A stretch of 64,000 bases of DNA, from the NCBI GenBank assembly GCA_030390025.1, contig CM059431.1:128404001-128468000 (forward strand), given 5' to 3'. The DNA is from Squalus acanthias. Lineage: Eukaryota. Of the stretch, positions 35,030 through 48,844 are shown in pieces. Under the pieces are notes generated by a model, which saw only the letters and a program-made list of their open reading frames with translations, was not told the DNA's origin and did no database searches. Every line of letters starts with the position of its first letter. Within the stretch, counting starts at the first letter, position 1. A program made the position numbers and the translations under genes.

Positions 35030-36955
35030 TTTGTTTATGGGATGTGGCCATCGCTGGCAAGGCCAGCATTTATCACCCATCCCTAATAGCCCTTGAGAAG
35101 GTGGTGGTGAGCCGCCTTCTTGAACCGCTGCAGTCCGTGTGCTGAAGGTACTCCCACAGTGCTGTTAGGGAGTTCCAGGACTTTGACTCAGCGACGATGA
35201 AGGATCGGCAATATACTTCTAAGTCAGGATGGTGTGTGGCCTGGAGGGTAACTTGGAGGTGGTGGTGTTCCCATACGCCTGCTGCCCTTGTCCTTCTAGC
35301 TGGAAGAGGTTGTGGGTTTGGGAGATGCTGCCGAAGAAGCCTTGGCGAGTTGCTGCAGTGCATCTTGTAGATGGTGCACACTGCAGCCATGGTACACCAG
35401 TGGTGGAGGGAGGGAATGTTTAAGGTGGTGGATGGGGTGCCAATCAAGCGGGCTGGATGGTGTCGAGCTTCTTGAGTGTTGTTGGAGCTGCACTCATCCA
35501 GGCAAGTGGAGAGTATTCCATCACACTCCTTACTTGTGCCTTGTAGATGTTGGAAAGGCTTTGGGGAGTCAGGAGGTGAGACACTCACCGCAGAATACCC
35601 AGCCTCTGACCTGCTCTTGTTGCCACAGTATTTATGTGGTTGGTCCAGTTACATTTCTGGTCAATGGTGACCCCCAGGATGATGATAGTGGGGGATTCGG
35701 CGATGGTAATGCCATTGAATGTCAAGGGGCAGTGGCTAGACTCTCGCTTGTTGGAGATAATCATTGCCTGGCACTTCTGTGGCGCGAATGTTACCTGACA
35801 TTTATCAGCCCAAGCCTGAACGTCATCCAGGTCCTGTTGCATGTGGGCATGGACTGCTTCATTATCTGAGAAGTTGTGAATGACACTGAACACTGTGCAG
35901 TCATCAGCGAACATCCCCATTTCTGACCTTATATTCGAGGGAAGGTCATTGATGAAGCAGCTGAAGATGGTTGGGTCTAGGACACTGCCCTGAGGAACTC
36001 CTGCAGCGATGTCCTGGGGCTGTGATGATTGACCTTCAACCACCACAACCATCTTCCTTTGTGCTAGGTATGACCCCAGCCAGTGGAGAATTTTCCCCCC
36101 GATTCCCATTGACTTCAGTTTTACTAGGGCTCCTTGATGCCACACTCGGTCAAATGCTGCATTGATGTCTAGGGCAGTTACTCTCACCTCACCTCTGGAA
36201 TTCAGCTCCATGTTTGGACCAAGGCTGTAATGAGGTTGGGAGCTGAATGGTCTTGATGGAACCCGAACTGGGCAGCAGTGAGCAGGTTATTGGTAAGTAA
36301 ATGTCACTTGATAGCACTGTCGATAACACCTTCCATCACTTTGCTGATGATTGAAAGTAGACTGATGGGGCGGTAATTGACCGGATTAGATTTGTCCTGC
36401 TTTTTATGGACAGAACATACCTGGGCAGTTTTCCACATTGTCGGATAGATGCCAGTGTTGTAGCTGTACTGAAACAGCTTGGCTAGAGGCACGGCTAGTT
36501 CTGGAGCACAAGTCTTCAGCACGGTAGCCGGGATGTTGTCGGGGCCCATAGTCTTTGCTGTATCCAATGCGCTCAGCTGTTTCTTCATATCACGTGGAGT
36601 GAATCGAATTGGCTGAAGACTGGCTTCTGTGATGGTGGGGACCTCAGGATTAGGCCGATATGGATCGTCCACTCGGCACTTCTGGCTGAAGATGGTTGCA
36701 AACGCTTCAGCCTTGTCTTTTGTACTCACGTGCTGGGCTCCACCATCATTGAGGATGGGGACATTCACGGAGCCTCCTCCTCCCGTTAGTTGTTTAATGG
36801 TCCACCACCATTCACGACTGGATGTGGCAGGACTGCAGAGCTTTGATCTGATCCGTTGATTGTGGGATCGCTTAGTCCTGTCTATAGCATGCTGCTTCCG
36901 CTTTTTAGCATGCATAAGGTCCTGTCTTGCAGCTTCCCCAGGTTGGCACCAGTAT
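35030..36955 (-). mobile_element. 5'-truncated non-LTR retrotransposon distinct from the main CR1 families (CR1/L2/Crack-group RT)
   Basis: CAPELAVPLAKLF...NYRPISLLS, ALDINAAFDRVWH, GVPQGSVL, MFADDC. 3' UTR ataaatgctggccttgccagcgat. Confidence 0.85.
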
Positions 36956-38777
36956 ATGGTGCCTGGCCATCATAGGCTTGAGCTGTCCAATGCAATAACA
37001 AATGGTTCACCAAAATTTCAAGAGCAGAGTACTAGAGGTTTGTAACACAGTTCACAAAATCATCAGAGGACCAGCAACTTGCATCATTTTGAACAAGACT
37101 GATATAAAAACAATGAATAGTTGGATAGCTCGAAGGGTGATATGGATCGTTATTCATTAGGGTAGGATAAACATGAGCAAATTTTCAAGAAAAGTTGGAA
37201 TGAGAGTAGGAGAGTTTTATAGATTGGATAGGACAGGGATAAGTAGAACAGCACCCCATCTTGAGGACACTGAGAAAGATATCATCAGCCTGGAGGTCTT
37301 GTTAGGATTGAGAAAGCAATGGATTTTTCAGAGCTAACTGCTATTAAAATTTAATGTCAATCATAAAGGTCAAATAAAATGGGGCAACAGAGGGAGGCTC
37401 TGTGCTTATTCAACTCAATTACTGAATTAAACTTGACAACTAGGTCGAATTTGACCCACTGAGGCTCACATTGTTATCCTTGGGGAATGTCAAGTTAATT
37501 AATGATAGTACCCCAGGCATAGAACAGTGCCTGGTGCCAGCAATAAGCACACTCAATTAAATTTGAGCATGTTAAGTAACAGTCAGCTCTTCCATGCAAT
37601 TGATAAGTCAGATGAAGCCGGAGGGGAGAACTGGTTTCTGTGGGAATGCTAACTTCTCCTATGCTAACTTTTTCCTGCTGTTGCAAGGGAGCTGAAACAA
37701 TGACTCTGTCGCCTGGCACATTCTCCTCGTTGGCTGTCGCAGAAAAACTTGCAGCATTCAGAGTCGAAGACACAATAACTTGCTTGTTAACCTATTAAGT
37801 AGTGTCACCTTTCAATTAAGTTAAATTGGAGCTCCATCAATGTAGATTATGGGTTAAAGCAGGGAATATACAACTCCGTGTTATCACAGTACTACTTGAT
37901 GGAACAAGTGTGATCTGCTTGATTTTGCTGATGTTACGTTCAGTGTCATTACCAATGAACTAATGCAGTTCTGGCTCTTCACACTGTTTATTCTGAGCAT
38001 ATCCTCCACTGTGTCTGGCCAGGCAGGCACTTTCATTAGACTTGATTCTATTCTGAGTAGATACAATCCTCTTTTAGTGAGCAGTTTTAATTAGTAAAGC
38101 TAACTTAATCTCCACAAGCTAATGCACGTTCTAATCGCAAAAAAATGAGCTTGATTTGGTCAAATTTAGTTATCTCACTATACAAGCTATTCAGTCTTAC
38201 AGACTGCCTCTTCAGATATTGAAAGGGTCATTCTGGGTCAATATGGAGATCTTTGCCCATTGGAAGCACATATTGGATATTGCACTTACACTCTTCATAA
38301 TTTTCTGTTCATTACAATTAATGGATGGGACATCATGGCGATTGCACCGGCACATCTCTGATATGCCATCTCTTCGGGCAGGGCTCTCTGCCAGGGGAAC
38401 GATTTTGTAGAGCTGCCCCCCATCGTGTAAAGAATGATACTTTTTTCTAACTTGCAAGTTTGGAACTGAACTCACCGTGGCATGGGCACACCCATATGGG
38501 TAGCAGGAAGGGCAAGAGTGAGCATGGCAATCCCCCTCCCTTCCTTTGCCTAAGCTCCAGGGAAAATATTTTCAGAGTTAGGCCAATTGCTATAAAACGC
38601 AAAATCATGGCAGCCAGCAGTTGTTAAAGAGAGCAGACGGCCCTTATAGGCCCTCTTGCCTTAGCCAACAACATTGGTCATTTCCAGCTATAACAATTGT
38701 TTCCATTGATCATAAGGTTATTTCTGGATTTTTCTGAGGTGAATTTTATTACACATCATGTCATTTTTAAATGTACA

Positions 38778-41338
38778 GGCCTGGAATTTCCTGCGTGGAT
38801 GCAGCATGGAATTTGGACCTGAAATTCCGCGCATTCCCGCACACATCGTGCCAATGTCAAGTTATGCTCAAATTTCCTGCCAATCTCGTTAGCATCCGCC
38901 CAAATGTAAAATGGGCATAAATCAGCGTGATTGGTCAGCATGGTTTGAACGTAATAATCAATAGGGCCTCAAGGTATAGCTAAGGCTATAAATATGGGAG
39001 AAAAAAATCCTTCAGAGTGAGGTTGGGGAGTAAATGATAAACAGTGCACAGATTTTTAATAAATTAATTTAAATTACTCCATACAGAGTCTCCGTTGTCA
39101 AATCTTTCACTTTTCACAGATGACTGATTCACATGAGAAGGCTGTGAGGACGAGGGCCTTCAGCTTTGTGGAAGACAACCTACAGGACACTCCTGAATGA
39201 GACAGAGGGAAGGCAGGACAGACTCCACAGCTCCCCCACATCCCAGCCCTCACATACAATGAGGAAGAAGGCGTGGACAGAGTTGGTGAGGCACCGAGTG
39301 CCATGTCGATAATTCCCAGGACGGTGAAGCAGTGCTGCAAGAAATTCAGTGACCTGACCAGAATAGGATGATCATCATGCGCTCCCTTTCCTCTCCCACT
39401 GTGTTCACCACACTCAAGTATCTGAGGAGCAACTAGTTGGTCAGTGACCTTTTAGTGAAAAACCTGGGAAAGTTGCGGACTAGTGAATCCTTCAATTGTT
39501 CCGCACATTTAAATAACTGCAAGCCTAATTTTTCTCTATTTCTTTCTTTACAGGGCAAGGTGGCACACAACAACCGTGAGAGGGCAAAGAGTGGGAGAGG
39601 GTCCCAAACCTCACTCTCTGACCCCTCATGAGGAGAAGGGGGTGGAGCTGCTGGGCTGGAGCATCACTGTGGCTGCAGTAGAGGCCAAGGAGGGGGTGGT
39701 CAGGGGCAGAGTCCAGAACCAGGTGAGTACCTTTCCGCTTGCTATCTCTGAATGCGCCAGGACAGGGGCCCAACCTTCCCCATCTCACTGTCGCCACCAC
39801 CCCCCCCCACCCCCACCAATCAGCATTGAAAAAGTCAACCATACTAATCCTCATTTTTTATCATCTCATAGGTCATTCAAGAAGCTGGAAGGCAGTTGCT
39901 GTGGAGGAGGTGGCGGACGAGGAGGAGGAGGTGAAGGAATGGGCGCTGGGGGGGGAGCAGCTTCTGGATTTGCTGGAGAACGCGTTGTGCAAATTTTCCC
40001 CATTGAATTGGCCGATGAAGCGTTGATGGTAAGCCAGAGCTGCACACCTCTGCTCTTTCTTGGAAAACCCCCACCCCCACCTTCAGGCCATCCCCAAGCA
40101 AAATCAGAGTCATCCGGCTCTCCTCAACCGGGTACCAGCGTAGACACATTTCACTGGGGCTGGGGCATCATTGCCAGGTGAGCTCTCCTGTGTCACAATC
40201 CAGTTTTAGGGAACAGGCAATCTCTGAGGAAGAGAGAGCGGCTAGAAGGTGGCAAAGGTCTGGGGATTCGGTGGAGGGTGATTTGCAGGCCTGCTGGTGG
40301 AGCATCAGAGAGGCATGAGGACTTTGGATGTATAGCTGAGTTTCGCAGACTGCCTGAACGTTGAGGAAGTGGTAGCCCTATCTGTTCGTGGAGCTTTCTG
40401 GATTCTGAGGGGGAGCTTTTAGTACAAAGTTCATTCCATCGATTGCCCCCAGCACTCTGGGGAAGCCTGCAATCCAGTAGAAACTTAATGCCCTCTGCCT
40501 TTGTTGCAAATCTGATGAACTCCTCAGCTCCATGGAATAGGCCATCAGTTACCTGTTGGATGCTGGCCCTCACTGACCCTTGACTGATCAAGCACAGAAC
40601 CCCCATGTATGTTTGGAAATATCCAGACCCATAAAAGTTGAGGGCCGTGGTTGCTTCCATTCTACAGTTAAAGCTTTGCTGCATGTAGACGGGGTCTTTA
40701 AGTCACCACAGAGCAAGTCGCAGAATTGACAAATGGCCTCCTTTGTAAAGCCTAGCCATTGCAGTCAGCTGCTCAGGATATCTCCAGGAATGTCAGTCAA
40801 GGCCTATACCTTGTCCGAACCAGGTACTTGCGTGTGGCGCGCTGCCTCTACTGATGGTACTTCACTCTCCGGGCCTCCTGTCTCCGGGTATCTTCCTTCC
40901 TGTTCCTCCTCCTCCATTATAACAGGAAGAAGTAGAGCCAGCAAAAGAGCCATATTTATTTCTAAAATTGACTGTAAAGTGGCTGTCTGCAGTAACGGGA
41001 GGAGAATGCTTTCAATGCTTCCTGGAGCAGATGATTTGCACCTGCTTCAAGTGACTATGGGTGACTGTGCGGCTGAGAAGCTGCTCGCAGTATGAAGAGA
41101 GCCTCTGCTATTGCAGAACATTTACATCTATAACTTCGAGGCAGGGCCAGTTTTATGGGCAGAGATGTGTTCGGGCAGAGGGATCGATAGACAATTGTAA
41201 AAAATCGAGGACATCTGTGCATATTGTAGTTATGTGCATTACTTATGCCCAAAATTCTGCGATCTTTTAGGCTACATATTTGCTTTGTGTCCCGACTGCA
41301 CATGTCTTGGGGTGCAAATACGCAGCAAGTTCCAGGCC
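38778..41338. mobile_element. PIF/Harbinger element H4, old and internally deleted
   Basis: TIRs GGCCTGGAATTTCCTGCG / CGCAGCAAGTTCCAGGCC and TSD ACA. Decayed Myb exons on + (QCCKKFSDLTR ~39330; KVAHNNRERAKSGRG ~39555) and transposase on - (TALNFYGSGYFQ ~40610-40650). Confidence 0.85.
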
Positions 41339-43111
41339 ACAGTAATTTATTTAATGCTGATTTTCTGTTGATAGCTATATCATTCCTAAACTTATGGTAT
41401 ATTGAGCTGATACATAAGCCCAGATATTATTGTTGATGATATTAGTGTTCAAATGCTTCCTGGTCAATCACATCCCATGCACACAGAGTGGTGAGCAGGC
41501 CTCAGGTTTATAATGTAATTTGACACATTTGTGCTGCCAGTCAGGAGCTTTACCGAGCGACAGCGCAAATCATAAAGTTAGGTGACCACTGCCCACAATT
41601 TTATGACTCGGACTCAAAAAATGATGCCCTATTCTCACACAGCATGGTTTCCAGGCCATCATATATTCAACATTCCACAGTCCTGTTTACTGATCTGGCA
41701 GTGTGTTTTGCAAGACATTTTACTTGGTGATAACAACTCTCACAATTACATAATAACCAATTCAAGAATAATTGTTATGTTGAAGTATGACAATGCGACC
41801 GGCCTCAGAGCGGAATGTGTAAAGTGCAATGCACAGCTGGCAAACCCAAGTTAAATTGCACTGTGCACTGGGCCCATGTTGCACTGTATAATCCTGCTTG
41901 TACACATGCACAGAATTCAGCTCCGAACCAATTCATTTTGTTAATATTAGCTGTTACAAAGCTGGCAGAAGTAACCATTTTTTGACATAACATTAAAAAA
42001 AATTACATGCTGAAACTAAAAAGTTGCCAGGAGGCTGAAAGATCGTTTAAAATGTGACTTTTGTACTGGGTTGGACTTTTACTCACCCAGCGTGAAGGTC
42101 AAGCCGCATGAAACAACTCACTCAACGTGGTCACCATCTTCTGGTTTCAGTGCACTTCAGGAAGCAGATTGCGATCTGCCTCCAGATCCATACTACGGAT
42201 GTGGAACTGCTCTTGCATCATTGGGAAAGTTGGAGTGTAACATCCCCTTAGCACATAGAGTCACGATTGGTGAAATGCAATAATCTTCGGATTGGCCAAT
42301 AACATTGTCCGGAATGGGAACAACTGGACTGGAATTCATTTTTATAAGGTAACTTTCCTAATAGTGTTGAACAACTTTAATTTGAGTTCTTGCTCTGGTC
42401 TTGTTAACATTATTATATTTTCCATTGTTGAAGAGATCTACTGAGAAACCTATGTTGAGATATCCATGATTCAGAAACAATTCTATTTTTCTTCACACTT
42501 TCAGTAAACTACATATTATGGACTGGGCTTTTTTCGCGTGGAAGGGATGGAGTTTGAAATTTTACGTGCTCTCTTAATTTGTATTGGATGATTGTTTCCC
42601 AGCAAACCTATCTTAACTGCATCGTTTCTCTATTGAAATGAAATGAAATGTATCTCTCCAAGCTTTCATCAGCTCTCACCAAGTGAAATTATTGCTCCTA
42701 AATTTATTTTCTAAATTGTCTTTTCTCTCCAATATCAACATTATGCCATTCTATTAAAGGAACTCCAGAAAAACAACCCAAAAAGCTCATCACTGAAGCT
42801 TGTCTAAAATTATTGTTTGACCTGAATGTAAAGTAAAAGTGCAACAATGTTTGTAATGCAAAAACAATCTTTTTTCTTCCCACAACTCTCTACAATGGAA
42901 GTGGCCATTTTCTGTTTAATTAGCTTCTGATTTCACATGTATCTCCTCCCTCTGAATTTTTCCATAGTTGTATCATTTTTGTCTTCATTACTACCCACTC
43001 CACCAAACAAACATAGGGGCTGAAAATACATTCCTGTGCACCAGAAGCACAGGCAGTGATGGGTGCAGAAGGGTCAGAAAACCAAGATCTTTGGCCTTGA
43101 TCTCACCTGCC

Positions 43112-43230
43112 CTAATTTCTCCTTATGTGACTTGGTGTCAAATTCTTTTGTCTTATTATACTCCTGTGAAGCGCCTTGGGACGTTTTGCTATGTTAAAGA
43201 TGCTACATAAACACAAGTTATTGTTGTTTT
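43112..43230 (+). mobile_element. L2 LINE 3' tail
   Basis: ctcctgtgaagcgccttgggacgttttgctatgttaaagatgctacataaacacaagttattgttg. Confidence 0.7.
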
Positions 43231-43337
43231 AACCATCTGGCAAGATTTTCTCCTAACCCCACATTTTCCAATGAGGCATGGAGATGGTAGGGGGCAGGGG
43301 GAGCAGAAAGTTTGCACTGCTCTAATGCACAAGTCAT

Positions 43338-44450
43338 ATCAGCCCATATTTTGCATCCCCTACGGGTGCGTACGTGGTGCATACGTGCCCATAAGGGCTG
43401 CACAAGTACTGGGTTTTCACGCACGAAGCGCATGCGCGGAAACCCAGAACTTGCGATCTTGACAGATCATCTGCATTCCCGGGAATAGGGCATCCGCGGG
43501 CAGAGAGTAGGGCTATTTGCCCAACTTCTGCCCAGCGAATGTCCATGAAATTCTTACGCCTGGTAAAAGCAAGCGCAAGGCTGGGCCTTGCAGCGCTGCC
43601 GTGTTCAAAGGCTCCTTCCCTCCCTTAAAGGGAAGGGCCATCGCTGCAGGCTCTGCAATTTAAAAAGTACCTACCTGGACCACCAAGGCAGCTGCGATCC
43701 TGTACGATCCTGCGCGATCCCGCGCAATCAGCCTGGCACTCAAGCAGAGTGCCGGGCTGATCGATCGCAGGCAGAAACCCGCGAAAAAAACTAGAACAGG
43801 AAAGGTAAGTTTTTTTTCCACTTACCTCGGCCACCTCGCCTTTAATCATTGCACTCGAAGCGGCCGGCCACCCGATGCACACCTCCTGCAACTGTCGGTG
43901 ATTTCGACCAGCGCTGCTGCAGGGGGTGGAAGTCAATTTCGAGTCCGGGGCGCTACCAGGGTGATGACGTCACGATCTCCGTGAGAAGGAGATCTGGGCG
44001 CAACGCCATAGCGCTGCCACAAATCTCCCACCATATGTCGATGTCAGCGCGGCGCCTGGTTGCAAAACCATTTACGCCCCGTTAGCGCCCCTAGGGGCAC
44101 TAACGGAAGGTGCAAAGGCACTCAATTTCACCCCCTTAAATTTAATTTTAAATATGTAATTTTTTTTATTTATTTGTTATGTTAATGTGTTTTTTATGTG
44201 ATCCCCATTCATGATTTTGGGGATCCGTACTTACGGAATCTCCATAAGCATGAATGGAGATTCCCCCTTCTTTCATTGGTTGGGCCGGCCCACATGATCC
44301 CAGGGGCGCTTGTGAACTGCTTGCGTCCCTGGGATACGTGCCCTCTATGCATATCTACACATAGAGGCCCAGGAGATCAGGTAGGTTCATAGATTTTTTA
44401 CCATTCGGAGGCATCTGCCCGCGGTCAGCCTCTGACAGCAAATTCAGGCC
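43338..44450. mobile_element. Composite Harbinger-type MITE region: a MITE related to the 760-bp family with an H2-like right end at ~43940-44135
   Basis: GCGCATGCGC inside a hairpin at ~43402-43453. The 43940-44135 segment matches the H2 terminus (cgccccgttagcgcc...ctaacgg...aatttcaccccc). Right end gcaaattcaggccc. Left boundary uncertain. Confidence 0.55.
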
Positions 44451-45161
44451 CATCATTTGGAGGCATGTTGGGTCTGTGTTCTTGCTGGAATTTCTGATCC
44501 GTTGCCCCATTGACAGGAGGCCAGCACTGTGCCTTTAAAAGCTGGAGCAAAGCACATTCTCCAGGCTTACAGCCACCAGAAATAATTTTACAACTGCATG
44601 TCCTACAATTGTTTTGTGGTTGCTTTTTATTTCTTTGCTGTTTGTTTCTTCAGACTGAATCAATTTGTTCTCTTTTATTAGGTTTCAATTTTACTAGTGC
44701 GCTGCTGTCATTCACTCAGTAGTGGACAGGCTCCCTGAAGGGCTTGGGTATTGTCATGTAGAATGGAGGGGCGCCAATTCGCGAGGTGGGAGCCAAAAAG
44801 CATAAAACAACAATATTTTATTCCACATAAAGAGCTGAGCGAATTAAGTACCATGATGTAGTTCAAAATACTGGCAGATCATATCCCACAGCTTTACAAG
44901 TCTGTCTGCTACAAGTGTGTACCCATCTTCAGAAAGCTTCAGAGTTTCTGTGAAATTCCATGGATTGGCTAGAGAAATATCAACAAATAACTCTCCATCC
45001 TTGAAGAATTGATTAGTCAGGCTTGACAAGGCAGTATCCATGATTAGCTTGAAACATTAAATTTGATACTTGTCAATAACATTTTGTGGAGCTTCATCAT
45101 GGTCAATTTCACCAGGCATTTTTTTCTTGCACTGAACTCGGTTTTCTGGTAGACTATTTAT

Positions 45162-48060
45162 AGGAACATAAGAGCAAGAGTAGGTGATTCAGCCCCTCGA
45201 GCCTGTTTCACCATTCAATGAGATCATGGCTGATCTGTGAGCTAACTCCATATACCCACCTTTGGCCCATATCTCTTAATACCTTTGGTTAACAAAAATC
45301 TATCAATCTCAGATTTAAATGTAACAATTGATCTAGCATCAATTGCCGTTTGCAGATGAGAGTTCCAAACTTCTATCGCCCTTTGTGTGTAGAAGTATTG
45401 GCCCAGAAATTGGACTTCGATGGTTGCCGCGGGGGTAAGAATCCCCCGCGATATCGCACTCTGCGCCTGCCTTTATGGTTCTGGCCCACACGAACTTCTG
45501 CTCCTGGGCCTCTCCCTGGTGCCGGCGCGCAGTGTGTGCGTGTCCCAGAGGCGCAGTTAGTTCGATGCGACCTCTGGGATCACGTGGGCCAGTTAGAGCC
45601 AATGGCAGCACACCATCTTTCATTCATAGTTTTGACAGGAGAACTGTCAAAGCTATGAATACAACTTGCCCCCAAAAGAACAGCTAAACCTCAATTAAAA
45701 AAACCCCATCACATTAATAAAATAACTATAGTTAAATAAATTAACCACTTTAAACAAAAATTTTAATTTTTGAAAACATTTAAATTCTTTTTAAAAGTTA
45801 TAAAAATAAACTTACCTTTCTTTAAAGTCTCTAAAAAAGATAAACCTGTTGAAAAAAATTTAAAATAATACTTAATTAACTACTTACCTTGTTAAAAGGG
45901 GGTCTTACGCCTCCTTTCTTCATGTGTAAAATCTTCAACACTTACCTTCGCGTTCAAACCTGAAAAAAAAACTAATTGTGCTGCGTGCGCACAGCCTGTA
46001 GTGCGCACGCGGTTCACCTAGGAACCGCCCCCTTCGCAATATCGGAAGTGCCGGTTTCCCGCGCATGCGCAGTGCATGCAGGAAACCGGCACTTCGGGAC
46101 CGAATATGGGTGAGTACACAGTGCGTACTCTCCCGTATTCGGACGAATTTCTGGGCCATTACCTAACTTCACTGCTGAAAGGCCTGGCTCTAATTTTTAG
46201 ACTATGTCCCGAGTGCTAGAATCCCCAACCAGCGGAAATAGTTTCTCTCTATCTACCATATCTGTTCCCATTAATATCTTGAAAACTTTGATCAAATCAC
46301 CTCTTAAACTTCTAAATTCCAGTGAATAAAACCCTAATTTGCGTAATCTCTCCTCATAATTTAACCCTTGGAATCCAGGTATCATTCTGGTAAATCTACA
46401 CTGCACTCCCTCCAAGGCCAATATATCCTTCCTAAGGTGTGGTGCCCAGAACTGCTCACAGTACTCCAGGTGTGGTCTAACCAGGGTTTTGTATAGTTGC
46501 AGCATAACCTCTACCCCCTTGTATTCTAGTCCTCTATCTATAAATGCCAGCATTCCATTAGCCTTTTTGATTATTTTCTGTACCTTACATTTTAATGATC
46601 TAGGTACCTGGACCCCCCAAGTCTCTTTGAACTTCACTGTTTCTAGCTTGTCACGATTTAGAAAATACTCCGTTCTATCCTTTTTAGGTCCAAAGTGGAT
46701 GACCTCACATTTGCCTACATTGAAATCCATTTGCCACAGTTTTGCCTGTTCACTTAATCTATTAATATCTCTTTGTAATTTTAATCTTCCATCTATACTG
46801 CTTACAATGCCACCTAGCATTGTGTCATCGGCAAACTTGGATATATGGCTTTCTATCCCATCCTCTAAGTCGTTAATAAATATTGTGAATAGTTGAGGCC
46901 CCAACACAGATCCTTGCGGGACACCACTAGTCACATCCTGCCAATTGGAGTACCTGCCCATTAGCCCTACTCTCTGTCTCCTGCTGATCAGCTAATTGCC
47001 TAACCAGGTCAATAATTTGCCTTTAATTCCATGAGCTTCAATTTTAGCTAACAGTCTCTTATGAGGGACTTTATCAAATGCTTTCTGGAAGTGCATATAA
47101 ATAGCATCCATAGACATTTCCCTGTCCACTATTTTAGTCACCTCTTCAAAAAATTCAATCAGGCTCGTAAGGCGTGATCTACCCTTTACAAATCCATGCT
47201 GGCTCTCTCGGATCAGCTGAAAATTTTCAAGGTGTTCAGTCAATCTATCCTTAATTATAGACTCTAGTAATTTCCCGGCAACAGATGTTAGGTTAAATGG
47301 TCTATAATTCCCTGGTTTCCCTCTCACACCTTTCTTAAATAATGAGTGACATGCGCAATTTTCCAATCTAAAGGAACGGTTCCCCAATCGAGAGAACTTT
47401 GTAAGATTATAGTTAGAGCATTTGCAATGTTCTCACTTACTTCCTTTAAAACCCTGGGATGAAAACCATCGGGCCCTGGGGATTTGTCACTCTTTAGTGC
47501 CATTATTTTCTTCATTACTGTTATTTTGCTTATGTTAATTTTGTTGAGTCCCTGTCCCCGATTCACTATTAGTTTCCTTGGGATTTCTTGCATGCTATCC
47601 TCTTCTTCGATTGTAAATACTGACTCAAAATAATTATTCAACGTATCCGCCATTTCCTTATTTTCATTGACGATATCATTGTTATCAGTTTTCAAGGGGT
47701 CCACATTGCTCCTGACCACTCTCTTTTTCTTAATATGATTGTAAAAATGTTTTGTGTTGATTTTGATATCCCTTTCAAGTTTCTTTAATACTCCATTTTT
47801 GTAGCATTTTTTAAATCTGTTTTGTCACCTTTGTTGTTCTTTTTATCTCTCCTAGTTGCCAGGATCTGTGCTAGTTTTTGCATTTTTGTATGCTTTGTCT
47901 ATTAATTTTATGCTGTCCCTTACCTCTTTAGTCATCCATGACTGTTTTTTTGGCAATTAGAGCTCTTGCCCCTTAGGGGTATAAACTGGTTCTGTATCAC
48001 ATTCATATTTTTTTGAACACATCCCACTGATCTTCTGTCATTTTACCCATTAACAGATTT
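45162..48060 (-). mobile_element. CR1 LINE, split by MITE copy 3
   Basis: ORFs 46197..46961, 46992..47387 and 47324..47719 carry RT motifs. 3' end ataggaacataag at ~45160. Confidence 0.92.
45400..46157 (-). mobile_element. Harbinger-type MITE, ~760-bp family, copy 3
   Basis: TIRs GGCCCAGAAATT / AATTTCTGGGCC. TSD ATT at 45397-45399 and 46158-46160. Confidence 0.92.
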
Positions 48061-48844
48061 GACCACCTTCCTGTGGAATGTCTCTGTCTCATCGCATTTT
48101 CAACGACATAGTCAACATCTCAGTCATCCAAAAATTCATTTGCTTACTTGCTCAACAAAAGCTTTGGCATATATGATGGTTTTTGAAAAATCCTGCTTAA
48201 GAGTCTTGATCATGGCCAAATCTGTTCTGGCCATTTGGACCCTTTTCGATAAAGGAGCAGTTACATTGAACAGTCAGAGGTAGGTCTGTGCAATCCAAAT
48301 TATCTCGTATTCTAAAAGCAAATTCATAAATCCGTGAGCGTATGACCGGGTTTTGGTTGCGAACTTTGTATCTTCAGAAATATACTTTAGTTCCGAAACT
48401 AGGTTGATATAAAGGGAAGTGGATGCATTTCCCACTTTTTCGCCAGTCTTTGATCCACCACCTAATTGCTCTGATCTGAGACAAACATTTCAGCTTTTCA
48501 GTCCGATTTTGGAGTCCGTTTGCTTGTCCCATGCAGTCATTCTCAGGTAAGATTTGTCGAAGAAGTTTGCACAATTGTTTAGAAGGTCGAAAATATTGAC
48601 AGAAACAATATTCGCAGCTGCACTTCATTTAGTAACAGGTTCAGAACATGACTATAGGACCAAATATGAATATGAGCTGGGGAAGCTTATTTTGAGCCAA
48701 GAGGTAAAACCATCGTACTGCCTGCTCATATCGGACATGCCATCTGTACTTTCTGAAACACATTTTTTTACGTCAATCTTTCTTTCTTCTAGAAGTCTCT
48801 TAAGCATCTCAAACAAGACTTTCCTACAAAGGCAAAACACTGCA

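Noticed and set aside
34180..37330. Purine-rich stretches at 34180-34500, 34690-35010 and 36990-37330 as host exons
   Set aside because: There are no sustained ORFs. They look like very old antisense LINE remnants but are too decayed to call.
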